From: Octopus sinensis
Taxonomy: Eukaryota
Assembly (NCBI RefSeq): GCF_006345805.1
Contig: NW_021824844.1
Location: 2,098 to 66,097 of the forward strand
Direction: 5' to 3'
DNA: 64,000 nucleotides
Shown here: positions 48,857 through 63,680 of the stretch, in pieces
Position numbering within the stretch: the stretch's first letter is position 1
Layout: each line of letters opens with the position of its first letter
Translations under genes and position numbers: made by a program
Notes under the pieces: generated by a model
Databases searched by the model: none
Told to the model about the DNA's origin: nothing
The model's input: the letters and a program-made list of their open reading frames with translations, nothing else

Positions 48857-51800
48857 TATATACATACTTACATAATTAATATATATATATATATATATAT
48901 ATACATACGTACATACATACATATACATACTTATATAAAAGTATTTTGCTTGTATATGTATATATGCACAATTCGAGCGTGATTGTTACCAAAATCGCCT
49001 TCTGGCACCTGTGCTGGTGGCATGTATAAAAGGATTCGAGCGAGGTCGTTGCCAGCACCACCTGACTGGCCCCCATGCCAGTGGCACGTAAAAGCACCCA
49101 CTACACTCTCGGGGTGGTTGGTGCTAGGAAGGGCATCCAGCTGTAGAAACACTGCCAAATCAAGACTAGAGCCTGGTGCAGCCATCTGGTTTGCCAGCCC
49201 TCAGTCAAAATCGTCCAACCCATGCTAGCATGGAAAGCGGACGTTAAACGACGATGATGATGTTGATGATATCAAATAAATGTCTTATAAAACTATTCAA
49301 CACGTACAATCACAGCCACACCAACAATTCAACATACATCCATCATCAGCTGCCTCTCGGATATCATTATGGTTTTGACACCTGGGCAGTACCATTCAAT
49401 CCAGCAGTGTCAACAGCACTAAAGTAAGTGTTGTTTGGGAACAAACATACCTTAGATATCACCACATTCATTCAATCTTAATTCTTGGAAGGATTAAATA
49501 CTAACATTATTAATTAAACTACAACAAAGAAACCACATTCTCCTATGTACAAAAACAGTATCGGTAAACAAATCCAAAAAATAAACCTATAGGCGCAAGA
49601 GTGGCTGTGTGGTAAGTAGCTTGTTTACCAACCACATGGTTCCAGGTTCAGTCTCACTGCATGGCACCTTGGGCAAGTGTCTTCTACTATAGCCTCGGGC
49701 CGACCAAAGCCTTGGGAGTGGATTTGGTAAACGGAAACTGAAAGAAGCCCATCATATTATGTATATATATATATATATATATATCATATATATATATATA
49801 TTATATATATATATATAGGCGCAGGAGTGGCTGTGTGGTAAGTACCTTGTTTACCAACCACATGGTTCAGGTTCAGTCTCACTGCGTGGCACCTTGGGCA
49901 AGTGTCTCTACTATAGCATCGGATCCGACCAATGCCTTGTGAGTGGATTTGGTAGACGGAAACTGAAAGAAGCCCATCGTATATATGTATATATATATAT
50001 TTTAAATATGTGTGTGTGCTTGTCCCCCTAGCATTGCTTGACAACCGATGCTGGTGGTTTACGTCCTGTTACTTAGCGGTTCGGCAAAAGAGACCGATAG
50101 AATAAGTACTGGGCTTACAAAAGAATAAGTCCCGGGTTCGAGTTGCTCGATTAAAGGCGGTGCTCCAGCATGGCCGCAGTCAAATGACTGAAACAAGTAA
50201 AAGAGTAACTAACTCCTAAATTATCTAACTAAATAGCAACCTAGCCCTTGAAGTCCATGCAGATAATATCCCCACCAGTCTTCCATAGTTATTAATATAA
50301 AAGTGAAAGCTTTTATATTCTACTAGCAGTATCGCCCGGCGTTGCTCGGGTTTGTAAGGGAAATAACTATATAAGCATTTTTAGAGAGTTACTTCCCTTA
50401 TAGATGCCAATTCGGGCTTTCTTAGCTATTTCTGTTTTGGTGTCTTCAAGCCATGAAGTCGTTGTTCTAAAAGAACGCTGGTCTCCTTGACAACGCTTTA
50501 CGACGTTGATTTTCCTTACACTCCCTTCCCCACAGCTTCACGAGGGAGGAAGAAGGGGGAGAAGCAAACAGGTGCAGGTGTGACCATGGACGCCAACTCC
50601 GCCGCTATCGACACACGAAAAATTATGCATTAAAATGGAATAAAAAATGATGTTAAATTTTTTTTTAATCGTAGACTCATCGTAGACGTGTGCTAATACC
50701 CAGACGGGCTCGATATGAATCACGACTATAAGATACCCGAATTTGGTTAAACTGCACCGCAAAATGTGGGAGGAGTTAGGAATCTAAATCGAAGGGGACA
50801 GACACTCACACAACTACAGTTTTATATATATAGACTAGCACTATGACCCGGCAAAGGGTCATAGTTGAATAAAGTCATAATTAACTGATCCTCCTGAATT
50901 TTCTTTTGCCCAAAGCCAGAAACCTTTCAGTACCCCCTTGAATACATAAGATGTAGATTTGAGGGATGTTTAGGATAATTTCACTGTTATTTCTAGCATA
51001 GCAGTGATCACAGTGGAACAAACATTTATACATACCTGCATACATACATACATAATACATATATACATACACATATATATATACATACATATGTATATAC
51101 ATAATATATACATACATACATATATACATACATAAATATATACATACAATACATATATACATACATACATTTATACATACATACATACATATATACACAC
51201 ATACATATATATACATACATAATACATACATATATACATACATAATACATATATACATACATATATACATACATACATACATGCATACATACATATACAT
51301 ACATACATATATACATACATACATATATACATACATATATACATACATATATACATACATACATGCATGCATACATACATACATACACATACATACATAC
51401 ATAATACATACACACATACATACATACATACATAAATACATACATACATAGATACATAATACATACATACACACATACATACAAACATACATACATACAT
51501 ACATACATACATAAATACATATATACATATATATACATACATGCTTAATACATACATACATACATACACACACATATACATACATACATACATGTATACA
51601 TGTGCCGGTGGCACGTAAGAGAACCATCCGAACGTGGCCGTTGCCAGCGTCACCCCGAGTGGCCTCCGTGCAGGTGGCACATAAAAAGCACCCATACACT
51701 CACGGAGTGGTTGGCGTTAGGAAGGGCATCCAGCTGTAGAAAACACTGCCAGATCAAGACTGGAGCCTGGTGCAGCCATCTGGCTTCCCAGACCCCAGTT

Positions 51801-53006
51801 GAACCGTCCAACCCATGCTAGCATGGAAAATGGACGTTAAACGACGATGATGATGATGATACACATATATACGCCTCTCGCTTGCTCATTCTCCACCTCT
51901 CTCTCTCTCTCTCTGCTGATCACCTTAAGTGCGTGTGATTAAAATGCTGGTCTGTTTATGCTATCCACTACACGCGAGTGCCCGTGTGTATTTACGTATT
52001 TATTGTATATATATATATATACGTGCATGTTTTGTGTTTATAAGCTTAATGTAGGCGCATGACTCGTATAGATATCTGTTTTTCCGTCGGTTTCTATGTA
52101 TATATGTATGTGTATATGTACGTAACTGTATATATGATATCTTTATATATAAAAGTGAAGTTGTGTGTCTGTCTCCGACGATTTAGATTCCTAACTACTC
52201 CACATTTTGCAGGCAGTTTAACCAAAACCGGGTATCTTATAGTCGTGATTCATATCGAGCCTTCTGGGTATTAGCGCGCGTCTACGATGAGTCTACGATT
52301 TTAAAAAATAATTTTACCATCATTTTTTTTCCATTTTAATGCATTTTTTTCGCTATTATATAAGGGATGTAACTCTCTAAAAATGTCTACGATGAGTCAA
52401 CGATTTAAAAAAAATTTACCACCACTTTTTTTCCATTTTTGATGCATTTTTTTGCTATTTTTTGGCTATAACTCTCTAAAAATGCTTATATAGTTATTTC
52501 CCTTACAAATCCGAGCAACGCCGGGCGATACTGCTAGTATATATATATATATGTACGTTTATATTTATACGTGTGTGTGTGTGTTCATTTGCGTGTACGT
52601 GACACAATGTATGTATGTTGATGTTTATATATACGCATGTGTAATATATACACAAGTGTGTTTATATACTTATATACGCGTATCCTGTTGCTTAGCTTCG
52701 GATCGTCCCCACCGCAGGTAATCAATAAATCAAAGGCGTTCCTACCATGATCGTCTCTCCTATTTCTAAACATTGGGGACTACTTTATCTCACGTATCCT
52801 TCCACATCGTAATAAAAAATTTGGATTTCAGGATAAGTATCAATTAATTTCGCTGTTATTTCTAGCATACCAGCAACCACAGACAGGATCGCTCGTTCCC
52901 TCGTGGGCCTTATTCTAAGACGTAGATCCAGGGAACAGGAAGTATATATAAGTATGTTTCTCCATTCTCTAATTTTGTAGTTATATATACATAACATATA
53001 TATATT

Positions 53007-53050
<44 letters not shown>

Positions 53051-53233
53051 CATCATATATATATATATACATACATATATATATATATAATTACATACAT
53101 ATAATATATATATATTATACATACATATATATATAATATACATACATATATATATGTATAATATACATACATATATATATATGTGTGTTGTGTATATGAT
53201 TATATATATATATGTGTTGTGTGTTATGTATAG

Positions 53234-53265
<32 letters not shown>

Positions 53266-53311
53266 TACATATATATATACATATATATATATATACATAC
53301 ATACATAAATA

Positions 53312-53349
<38 letters not shown>

Positions 53350-53452
53350 CATAATACATATATACATACAATATATACATACATATATATACATAATACA
53401 TATACATACATACCTATACATACATAACATACATAACATACATACATATATA

Positions 53453-53498
<46 letters not shown>

Positions 53499-53749
53499 CA
53501 AATGTCCAAATACTAGGATCCTCGGATATTTTGCCTTGCATCTCCTCCAAGGCTAATGAAATCCAAACTGGTTGGAGCCGTTGTTGTTTAGCCCTAGGTC
53601 AGTCCTGATCCAACAGGCCTATGATCAAAGATGTTCCGGTTAGAACCAGTTTGTCTTTTTTGCTCAAGCAAAGGCTATCAAAAACTACATTCCGAAATTG
53701 CCTTCATTTTGTGTCACCCACGATCAATCCTGACCCAACAGACCCCTAC

Positions 53750-54909
53750 CAGCTGTGACAACGGGGTCTTTAATTCTGACACAAGAGTATCTAGGACTAC
53801 GCTATCTAAAGTGCCTTTCCGTACTGGTCCCAATCCAGCAGATCAATGATATTCCAGCCATGACTATCCCGTCTTTTATTAACGCATAATAACCGTTATA
53901 GCTCGAGGGAGAGAACTGACTGCTATTTCTAGCAGGCAGACGAGCCCGTAATGGCCCCAACAGACCCGTACCAGCTGTGACAACGGGGTCTTTAATTCTG
54001 ACACAAGAGTATCTAGGACTACGCTATCTAAAGTGCCTTCCGTACTGGTCCCAATCCAGCAGATCAATGATATTCCAGCCATGACTATCCCGTCTTTTAT
54101 TAACGCATAATAACCGTTATAGCTCGAGGGAGAGAACTGACTGCTATTTCTAGCAGGCAGACGAACCCATAATGGCCCCAACAGACCCGTACCAGCTGTG
54201 ACAACGGGTTCTTTAATTCTGACACGGAGTATCTAGGACTACGCTACCCAAAGTGCCTTTCCGTACTGGTCCCAATCCAGCGGATCAATGATATTCCAGC
54301 CATGACTATCCCGTCTTTTATTAACGCATAATAACTGTTATAGCTCGAGGGAGAGAACTGACTGCTATTTCTAGCAGGCAGATGAGCCCACAATGGCCCC
54401 AACTAATCCCTCTTTGGCGCCAACAACCGATACCAGTTATAGAATGCGGGATAGAGGGGCGGGAACCTGTATCGATATCAAAATGCATCGACTCGATCGC
54501 ATGGCCTGCTAGAAATAACAGCCAAACTCCCTCAAATCACACACATACTCCAGCTGTGACAACGGGATCTTTAATTCTGACACAGAGTATCTAGGACTAC
54601 GTTACCTAAAGTGCCTTTCCGTACTGGTCCCAATCAAGCAGATCAATGATATTCCAGCCATGACTATCCCGTCTTTTATTACGGCATAATAACCGTTATA
54701 CCTCGAGGGGAGAGAACTGACTGCTATTTCTAGCAGGCAGACGAGCCCATAGTGGCCCCAACTAATCCCTCTTTGGCGCCAACAACCGATACCAGTTATA
54801 GAATGCGGGATAGAGGGGCGGGAACCTGTATCGATATCAAAATGCATCGACTCGATCGCATGGCCTGCTAGAAATAACAGCCAAACTCCCTCAAATCACA
54901 CACATACTC
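53750..54909. repeat. Compound tandem repeat A-A-AB-AB (A about 221 bp, B about 147 bp)
   Basis: CAGCTGTGACAACGGG at 53750, 53972, 54193, 54551; B at 54403-54550 and 54763-54909. Confidence 0.9.
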
Positions 54910-55260
54910 ACGCGTGCGCGCACACTTGCACACCCGCTATAAACGATGCAGATACGGATAATACTATGCTTCTAAATAAAAATACAAAGGCGGAATGGTC
55001 ATGGGTGGAACCTCGTTGCTCAGCTTGATTAAAGGCCGACGTAGGGTTAGCCAAAAACAAAAAAAACAACAACAACAAGCTTATTGCTATTCGGACCGTA
55101 ATCTAAATTAGAATACGGTGCGAATAAAAGGCGAGAGTGTCACGGTTGGAATGCTTGGTCTGTTTGAGTGTGGTTTCTCGATGGGGTAAGTTGACCTGAG
55201 GTGAAACAACATGCACGTAAACACACACACACACGCATATGTGTGTGTGTATAAACATAT

Positions 55261-55308
<48 letters not shown>

Positions 55309-55499
55309 TATATATATAATATATATATATATTGTGTGTGTGTGGTGTGTGTGTATACGCACGCATACACACACATTACAACATTGAGAAGGCAGGCAAA
55401 TATATTTTGAAATGAAAAGAATTTATAGTATAACACACATACATACATAAGTACATATACATACACGCATATATTTACACTTTAATATTTATATACACA

Positions 55500-55566
55500 C
55501 ATAGATAGATAGATGCATACATACATAGATAGATAGATGCATACATACATAGATAAATAGATAGAA

Positions 55567-55611
<45 letters not shown>

Positions 55612-56376
55612 TAGATAGATAGATAGATAGAATGATTATATATAATATATATATATATAGATAGATAGATAGAATGATATATTAATATATATATATATAT
55701 ATATTATATATATAGATAGATATACATAGATAGAGAGATATAAAAGATGGATATAGATATATACACATACAAACATTACACAGATACATATATAAGATAG
55801 ATATATGTATAGATTCACACTTAAATACACACGTATACATATACACACATAAATACATACAGATAGGTCGATAGCTCGATAGACAAATAGATAGATGGAT
55901 GGATAGATAGAGAGATAGATAAATAGATAGATAGATAGATAGATATAGATAGATAGATAGATAGGTAGGTAGGTAGGTAGGTAGATAGATAGATAGATAG
56001 ATAGACATAGATAGATAGACAGATAGATACATAGATATAGATAGATAGATATAGATAGATAGAGAGACAGACAGATAGATAGATAGACAAACGGATGGAT
56101 GGATGGATGAATGGAAATAGAGAGCGGTTACTAGCCATACACAGATAAATTGACAGATAGGTCGATCGATTGATATGCATACATATATTGATCGATAAAT
56201 AAAATATATATTGATCGATAAATAGATTTTACTGTGGTTTTCAATCAGTCTATCTATTTGGCTTACGTAGCCCGCGACATAAATAGATAAATAGACAGAC
56301 AAATAGATAGATGGATGGATAGATAGATATAGAGATATAGAGGGAGAGATGGATAGATAGATGGACATAGAGAGAT

Positions 56377-56425
<49 letters not shown>

Positions 56426-56602
56426 GAGAGATAGAGATAGATAGGTAGATATTTAGATAGATAGGCAGATAGCTGGATAGATAGAAGGATAGATGGATGG
56501 ATAGATAGATAGATAGACAGACAGACAGATAGATAGATAGATAGATATAGAGATGGATAGATGGATAGATAGATAGATAGAGAGATAGATAGAGAGATGG
56601 AG

Positions 56603-56639
<37 letters not shown>

Positions 56640-56642
56640 TAA

Positions 56643-56695
<53 letters not shown>

Positions 56696-56696
56696 C

Positions 56697-56738
<42 letters not shown>

Positions 56739-58570
56739 ATACATAGATATATGGATAGATAGATAGATAAAAATACTATGAAGAGAGAGAGAGATGGGTT
56801 AATATGGTGTCTGGTGTATGTTTTACCTTGAGTGTGGCACTATTACGAAGACTGCCTGGCCAGGAATAGAACCCACAACACGGCAGAGATAGCATGTTTA
56901 CGTGATACAAACCAACGGTGTGCTAATCAACTGAACAAAGCTCTCACCCTCCCTCTATCTATCTGTTTATCACCTCAACTCCCTCTCCCACTGTCACTTG
57001 CTCTTTCTCCCAGTCTCTCTGCTCCTCATCCTCTCTCTCTCTCTCTCGTTGATTCACTGTCTCCCACACTCTGCCTTTATTTATCTACTTCTCTATCTAT
57101 CTATCTATTTCTTGCCCCTTCTCTCTCCCACTGTCTTTCCCCTTTTCTCCCACTGTGGCTCTTACTGCTCCTCATCCTCTCTCACAGATTCTCTGTTTCC
57201 CTTCTTTCTCCCTCTCTCTCCCTTTTATATTCTTCCTCCCTTTTTCTGTCTCTACCACATACTGCTTCTCTTTCATCACCCCCTCTCTCAGTCTTTCTCT
57301 CTCTCTGTGTCTTCTGCTTGCTGTCTCCACATCCTGCATTCCCTCTCTCTATCTCACTCTGTCTTTGTCTATCCAGCTGACGCACTATTTCCCACCCTCT
57401 CTCATTTACTATCTTCGTCTCCCTAATTTTTTCACACTACTACTCATTCTCTCTCTCTCTCTTCTTCCCTCCCTCTCCCACTGTCTAGCTAATTGACTCA
57501 GTTTCCTACATTCTCTTCCGTATACACCTCCCCCTCTCTCACCACCACCACCTTCATTACTGCCTTTCCTCGAAAACGGTGCCCCTCTCTCTATTGTATT
57601 ACCACACTCGAACACACTCCCCTTCACTCTTTCGCCCTTACTGCCTCCCTCTCTTTTCTTACTTCTCCTCCAAAAATGCCCCTCTATCTTTTCTTACTCC
57701 CTCTTCCTACACCACTGTTCCTTCTCTCGTTTTTATTACCTCTTCCCCTATCATAGTTCTCCCCTTTCTCTTTTTACTGCTTCTTCCTCCTGCACCCCTC
57801 TCTCTCTTTTTTTATTGCCTCTTTTCCTAACATGACCCCCCCCCTGTATATCTTTTCACTGTCTCTTCTAACGCTCCCTCTGTCTCTTTCTTTCCCTGTC
57901 ACCCTTCCTCTCTCTCTCTCTCTCCACCTATTTCTCACACCTCTCTCTCTGTCTACCTCACTCAACACCGTCTTCTTTCCTATTCCACCACCGCCGCCGC
58001 CGCCGCCACCACCACCGTGACCGACCGAAAACTGCAGCAGCACGTCTGTCTGTCTTTCTGCCTGCCTGTCTGTCTCTTCCTTTTCTGCATCACCGATTCA
58101 CACACGCACATACACACACACACATACACACACACACACACACAGACATACACACACACACATACACACACATACACACACACGCACACACACACACATA
58201 CACACACGCACATACACACACACGCATACATACACACACACTCACACATACACGCACACACACACACATACACACACGAACACACACGCACATACACACA
58301 CACGCACACACACATACACACACACACGCACACATACACACACACTCACACATACACACACACACACGCACACACATACACACACACACATATACACACA
58401 CACGCACACACACACATACACACACACATACACACACACGCACACACACATACACGCACGCACACACACACATATACACACACACGTACACACATACATA
58501 CACGCACACATACACACACATACACACACATATACACACACACATACACACAGACACACACACACACACT
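55500..58570. repeat. Simple-repeat block: (GATA)n 55500-56770, CT-rich 56950-57960, (CA)n 58100-58570
   Basis: Visible. Confidence 0.92.
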
Positions 58571-61500
58571 CCCACCACCAACACCACCACCTACACCATC
58601 CAACATCACGGATGTTAACCACCAAAACACATTCACTGCTACCAAAAAGATGCCACACCTCAAGACTTCGGCTCAACCTGCTAGAAATAACAGCCAATCT
58701 CTCTCTCTCGCAAATCACACCTTACTCTTTACTCTCTCTCTTTTACTCTTTTACTTGTTTCAGTCATTTGACTGCGGCCATGCTGGAGCACCGCCCTTTA
58801 ATCGAGCAACTCGACCCCAGGACTTATTCTTTTTTTGTAAGCCCAGTACTTATTCTGTCGGTCTGTTTTGCTGAACCGCTAAGTAACGGGGACATAAACA
58901 CACCAGCATCGGTTGTCAAGCAATTCTAGGGGGACAAACACAGACACACAAACATATATATACATATAAACTACGGGCTTCTTTCAGTTTCCATCTACCA
59001 AATCCACTCACAAGGCATTGGTCGGCCCGAGGCTATAGCAGAAGACACTTGCCCAAGATGCCACGCAGTGGGACTGAACCTGGAACCATGTGGTTGGTAA
59101 GCAAGCTACTTACCACACAGCCACTCCTGCATATATATATATACGACGGGCTTCTTTCAGTTTCCGTCTACCGAATCAACTCACAAAGCTTTGGTCGGCC
59201 CGAGGCTATAGCAGAAGACACTTGTCCAAGGTGCCACGCAGTGGGACTGAACCCGGAACCATGTGGTTGGTAAACAAGCTACTTACCACACAGCCACTCC
59301 TTGCTATTTTATGTATACATGAGTGTGAGTGTGTGGGTGGTTCTATAGATATTTCATATTCTTTTACATATTTCAGTCATTGGACTCCGGCCATGCTGGG
59401 GCACTGCTTCGAATTTTAGCTGAATGAACTAACACCAGTATTCATTACATTTTAAGCCTAGTACTTATTCTACTGGACTCTTTTGCCAAACTGTTAAGTT
59501 ACAGGGACATAAACACACCAACACCGGTTGTCAAGCAGTAGAGTGTGTGGTGGGGACAAAAGACACACATACAAGCGTATATATATATATATATATGTAT
59601 GTATATATAGGTGTTGGAGTAGCAGTGTGGTAAGTAGCTTGCTTACCAACTACATGGCCCTGGGTTCAGTCCCACTGCATGGCACCTTAATGTCTTCTAA
59701 TATAGCCTTGGGCCAACCAAAGCCTTGCGAGTAGATTTGGCAGATGGAAACTGAAAGAAGCCCGTCATATATATATGACCAATAGAATAAGGTGGCAAGC
59801 TGGCAGAAACGTTAGCACACCAGCCGAAATGCTTAGCGGTATTTCGTCTGTCTTTACGTTCTGAGTTCAAATTCCACCAAGGTCGACTTTGCCTTTCATC
59901 CTTTCGGAGGTGATAAATTTAAGTACCTGTTACGCAGTTGGGTCGATATAATCGACTTAATCCTTGTCTCTGTCCTTGTTTGTCCCCTCTGTGTTTAGCC
60001 CCTTGTGAGCAATAAAGAAATAAGAGACCAGTAGAATAAATACTAGGCTTACAAAGAATAAGTCCTGGGGTCAATTTGCTCAACTAAATGTGGTGCTCCA
60101 TGATGGCCACAGTCAAATGATTGAAACAAGTAAACGAATAATAAAAAAGAACATTTCCACACACATAGTGAGTGGTTGGCATTTGGAAGGGCATCCAGCT
60201 GTAAAAATCATGCCAAAACTAGCGTCGCTTGTGCTAGTGTCATGTAAAAAGCACTGAGTCCATGTTGCAGGGTGGTTGGTGTTTGGAAGGGCATCCAGCT
60301 GTAAAAATCATGCCAAAACTAGCCTCGCTTGTGCTATTGCCATGTAAAAAGCACTGAGTCCATGTTGCAGGGTAGTTGGTGTTTGGAAGGGCATCCAGCC
60401 ATAAAAACCCTGCCAGAACGGACACAGTAGCCAAGGGTAGTTTTCTACCTGGTCGGCTCCTGTCAGCTGTCCTACATATGCACGCATGGAAGATGGACGT
60501 TAAATGATGATATAGACACAGGCTTGGATGTGTGATAAGAAGCTCATTTCCTAACCACATGGTTCAGGGTTCAGTCCCACCCTGGGCATGTGTCTTCTAC
60601 TATAACCTTGTGGGTGGATTTGTCAGAAAGAAGCTTATCATGATGGAGAAATTGTACAAAATATATAAATGGATGATGAGTAAAGCATTGGCACAGTGTA
60701 TATATCTATGTGTGTTTGTGTCTGTGTTTGTCCCCCATGACTTAGCAATTCAGCAAAAGAGATCAATAGAATAAGTACCTGGCCGCCCTGACTGGCTTCT
60801 GTGCCGGTGACATGTAAAAAGCACCAATCCGATCGTGGCCGTTGCCAGCCTTGCCTGGCACCTGTGCCGGTGGCACGTAAAAAGCACCCACTACACTCAT
60901 GGAGTGGTTGGCGTTAGGAAAGGCATCCAGCTGAAGAAACACTGCCAGATCAAGACTGGAGCCTGGTGCAGCCTCCTGGCTTCCCAGACCCGAGTTGAAC
61001 CGTCCAACTCATGCTAGCGCGGAAAACGGACGTTAAACGATGATGATGATGATGATGATGATATATAGATATATATATATATATAGGTACGTATGGCTTG
61101 TGGTTAGGGTGCTTGCTTCCTAGCTACATGGTTTCGGGTTCAGTCCCACTGCGTGACACTTTGGGTAGGTGTCCTTCCACTATACCCTGAGCCGACCGGA
61201 GCTTTGTGATTGAATTCGGTAGGCGGGAGTTACTGCCGTGTGTGTAATGTGTGCGTCTAGCTGCCATTGCTCTCTGAAAGTGAGAGAGGATATATATAAT
61301 ATATATTAAGGCGGCGAGCTTGTAGAAACGTTAGCACGCCGGGCGAAATTCGTAGCCGTATTTCGTCTGTCGTTACGTTCCGTTTTCAAATTCCGCCGAG
61401 GTCGACTTTGCCTTTCATCCTTTCGGGGTCGATAAATTAAGTACCAGTTACGCACTGGGGTCGATGTAGTCGACTTAATCCCTTTGTCTGTCCTTGTTTG

Positions 61501-62132
61501 TCCCCTCTGTGTTTAGCCCCTTGTGGGTAGTAAAGAAATATATATATATATATATACACACATACACCCAAATAGATGTTTACAAACAACGACTGTGCAT
61601 GCACACACACACAGATAAACATGCATTCACAAAAACATATACACACCAACACATCCATCCATTCATACATATGCACACACACACACACGAACAGACTCAT
61701 ACACATTCACAAAAATTACACCAACACATATATGTACACACATTCACAAAAAGAGACCTTTTGTCTAATGACTGAAACAAGTAAAAGAATGAAAGAATAA
61801 AAAAATAAACAAATACAAAGACACACACACACACACACAAAATACTCACACCCACACACATTTTTTAATTCTTTCACCTGTTTCAGTTTTTGGACTGTAG
61901 CCATGCTCCATCACCTGTCTTCCAACAGTTTTTTTTCATAGCTGATTACACACACCCCACACTGCACACACATATACACACACATGTATATATTAACGCT
62001 AGTACAGTGTCTACATAAGATACATTTCTAGCATGTAAAAAATTACCTTTTAAGGGTAGTTTTCTTTTGTTTTAATGTACACTATTTTAAAATATATATA
62101 TATATATATATAGTATATATATATATATTACA

Positions 62133-62636
62133 CCGTAAATCCTTGAATATAATCTGCATTTTTTCTCCCAAATTAAGGTCAAAGTCCCTTGTACGTATTA
62201 TACACGAGGTTAAAAATGAAAATTATTTTCTAAGCAATGTCCGAGTCTCTATTTGCTGTCGACAATGTTTTATTCCAACACATTTTGTGATTTCGGGAGC
62301 AAAAATACCTTAAGCTAAGCCTGAAAGCATGAAGTCATAAAAGAATCATCCATAACTTGCAGTGAGCAACATTTATTAAACGTTTATTACTGTTATTTCT
62401 TTATTTTCTGCAAACAAAATGCACAAAAAAGCTACACGTTTGCATTATGTTTATATACATAATAATAAAGGATAGATCGTATACATTTTTACAAACCAGG
62501 ACGTTATATAGACCTCCTTGACTCAAGTTAGAGAGGGGTGCGTATTATACACAAGGTTTAGGTTTTCCAGAGGTACAGCCCCCTAAAAATCCCCTGCGTA
62601 TTTACTCAAGGGCGGACTATACTCGAGGATTTACAG
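62133..62636. mobile_element. pogo/Tc1-mariner-type MITE of about 500 bp
   Basis: TIRs CCGTAAATCCTTGAATATAATC / GACTATACTCGAGGATTTACAG, right flank TA. Confidence 0.75.
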
Positions 62637-62689
62637 TAATATATATATAATACATATATATATATATACACATGTAGTTCATACAAATG

Positions 62690-63680
62690 AACTGACTTCA
62701 TTTGTCGGGTCTTCGCAGTCACAGCGTATCTCCAGGGGTCTCGGCCTTTTTTGTCATTGCCTCTGTGAGGCCCAACGTTCGAAGATCATGCTTGACCATC
62801 TCCTCCCATGTCTTCCTGGGTCTACCTCTACCCCGGATACCTTCAACTATTTGGGAGTGGCACTTCTTCATACACCTCTCCTCATCCATCCGTAGTACAT
62901 GACCATACCAGCGCAGATGTCTCTCTTGCATGCCACATCCAATGCTTCTTATGTCCAACATTTCTCTTAGGGCGCTACACTCTGTCGTGTGTGCACACTG
63001 ACATTACACATCCAGCAGATCATGCTAGCTTCATTTCTTTTGAGCCTACACATGTCCTCCGCAGTTCGCACACATGCATTGCACAATCTACCTTTCACTC
63101 TGAGCGAGAGACCCTTTGTCACCAGTAGGGGTAGAAGCTTCCTAAACTTTTGCCCAGCTATTCTTATTCTCGTGGTAACACTCTCTGAGCATCCACCTCC
63201 ACTACTAACTTGGGTCACCTAGGTAGCAGAAACTATCAACTCTAGTTTTCTTCTCTCCCTGGAATGTGATGGAATCTGTTTTCTGAGTATCTGTGGTGCC
63301 AATTGCCCCGTGCATCTGCTGCACATGAAAGCTATCTATCAGTTAATTTTCCTTTGATGTTGCTGCTGCACCTCTTATGCGTCCATAGCTTACACTGGGT
63401 ACATCTTATGGAGTTTCTACCTACACCTTTTCTACAGATCAAGCAGGGCCACCTACCTGAAGGTAGGTGTGATGAGTTTGCCTTCCTGCTTGCTAGAACT
63501 TTGGTCTTTGCTACTTTGACTCTAAGGCCTTTTGATTCGAAACCTAGCTTCCACAGCCAGAATTTCTTTTCTAGTTCTGGTAGTGATTCTGCATCGAGGG
63601 CCAAGTCATCAGCATAGAGGAGCTCCCAGGGGCAACCCATCTTGAATTCCTCTGTTATTGCCCGGAGGACAATGATTAGG
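62690..63680 (-). mobile_element. Decayed RTE-clade LINE, from RT YADD to the C-terminus, with a PHD-like Cys/His motif
   Basis: PWELLYADDL...WPCLICRKGVGRNSIRCTQCKLWTHKRC...LRWYGHVLRM...GRGRPRKTW; stops and frameshifts present. Confidence 0.9.

Noticed and set aside
55080-55200. Plus-strand GGG|gtaagt donor suggesting a divergent gene
   Set aside because: No matching exon chain or coding signal was found on the plus strand anywhere in the window.
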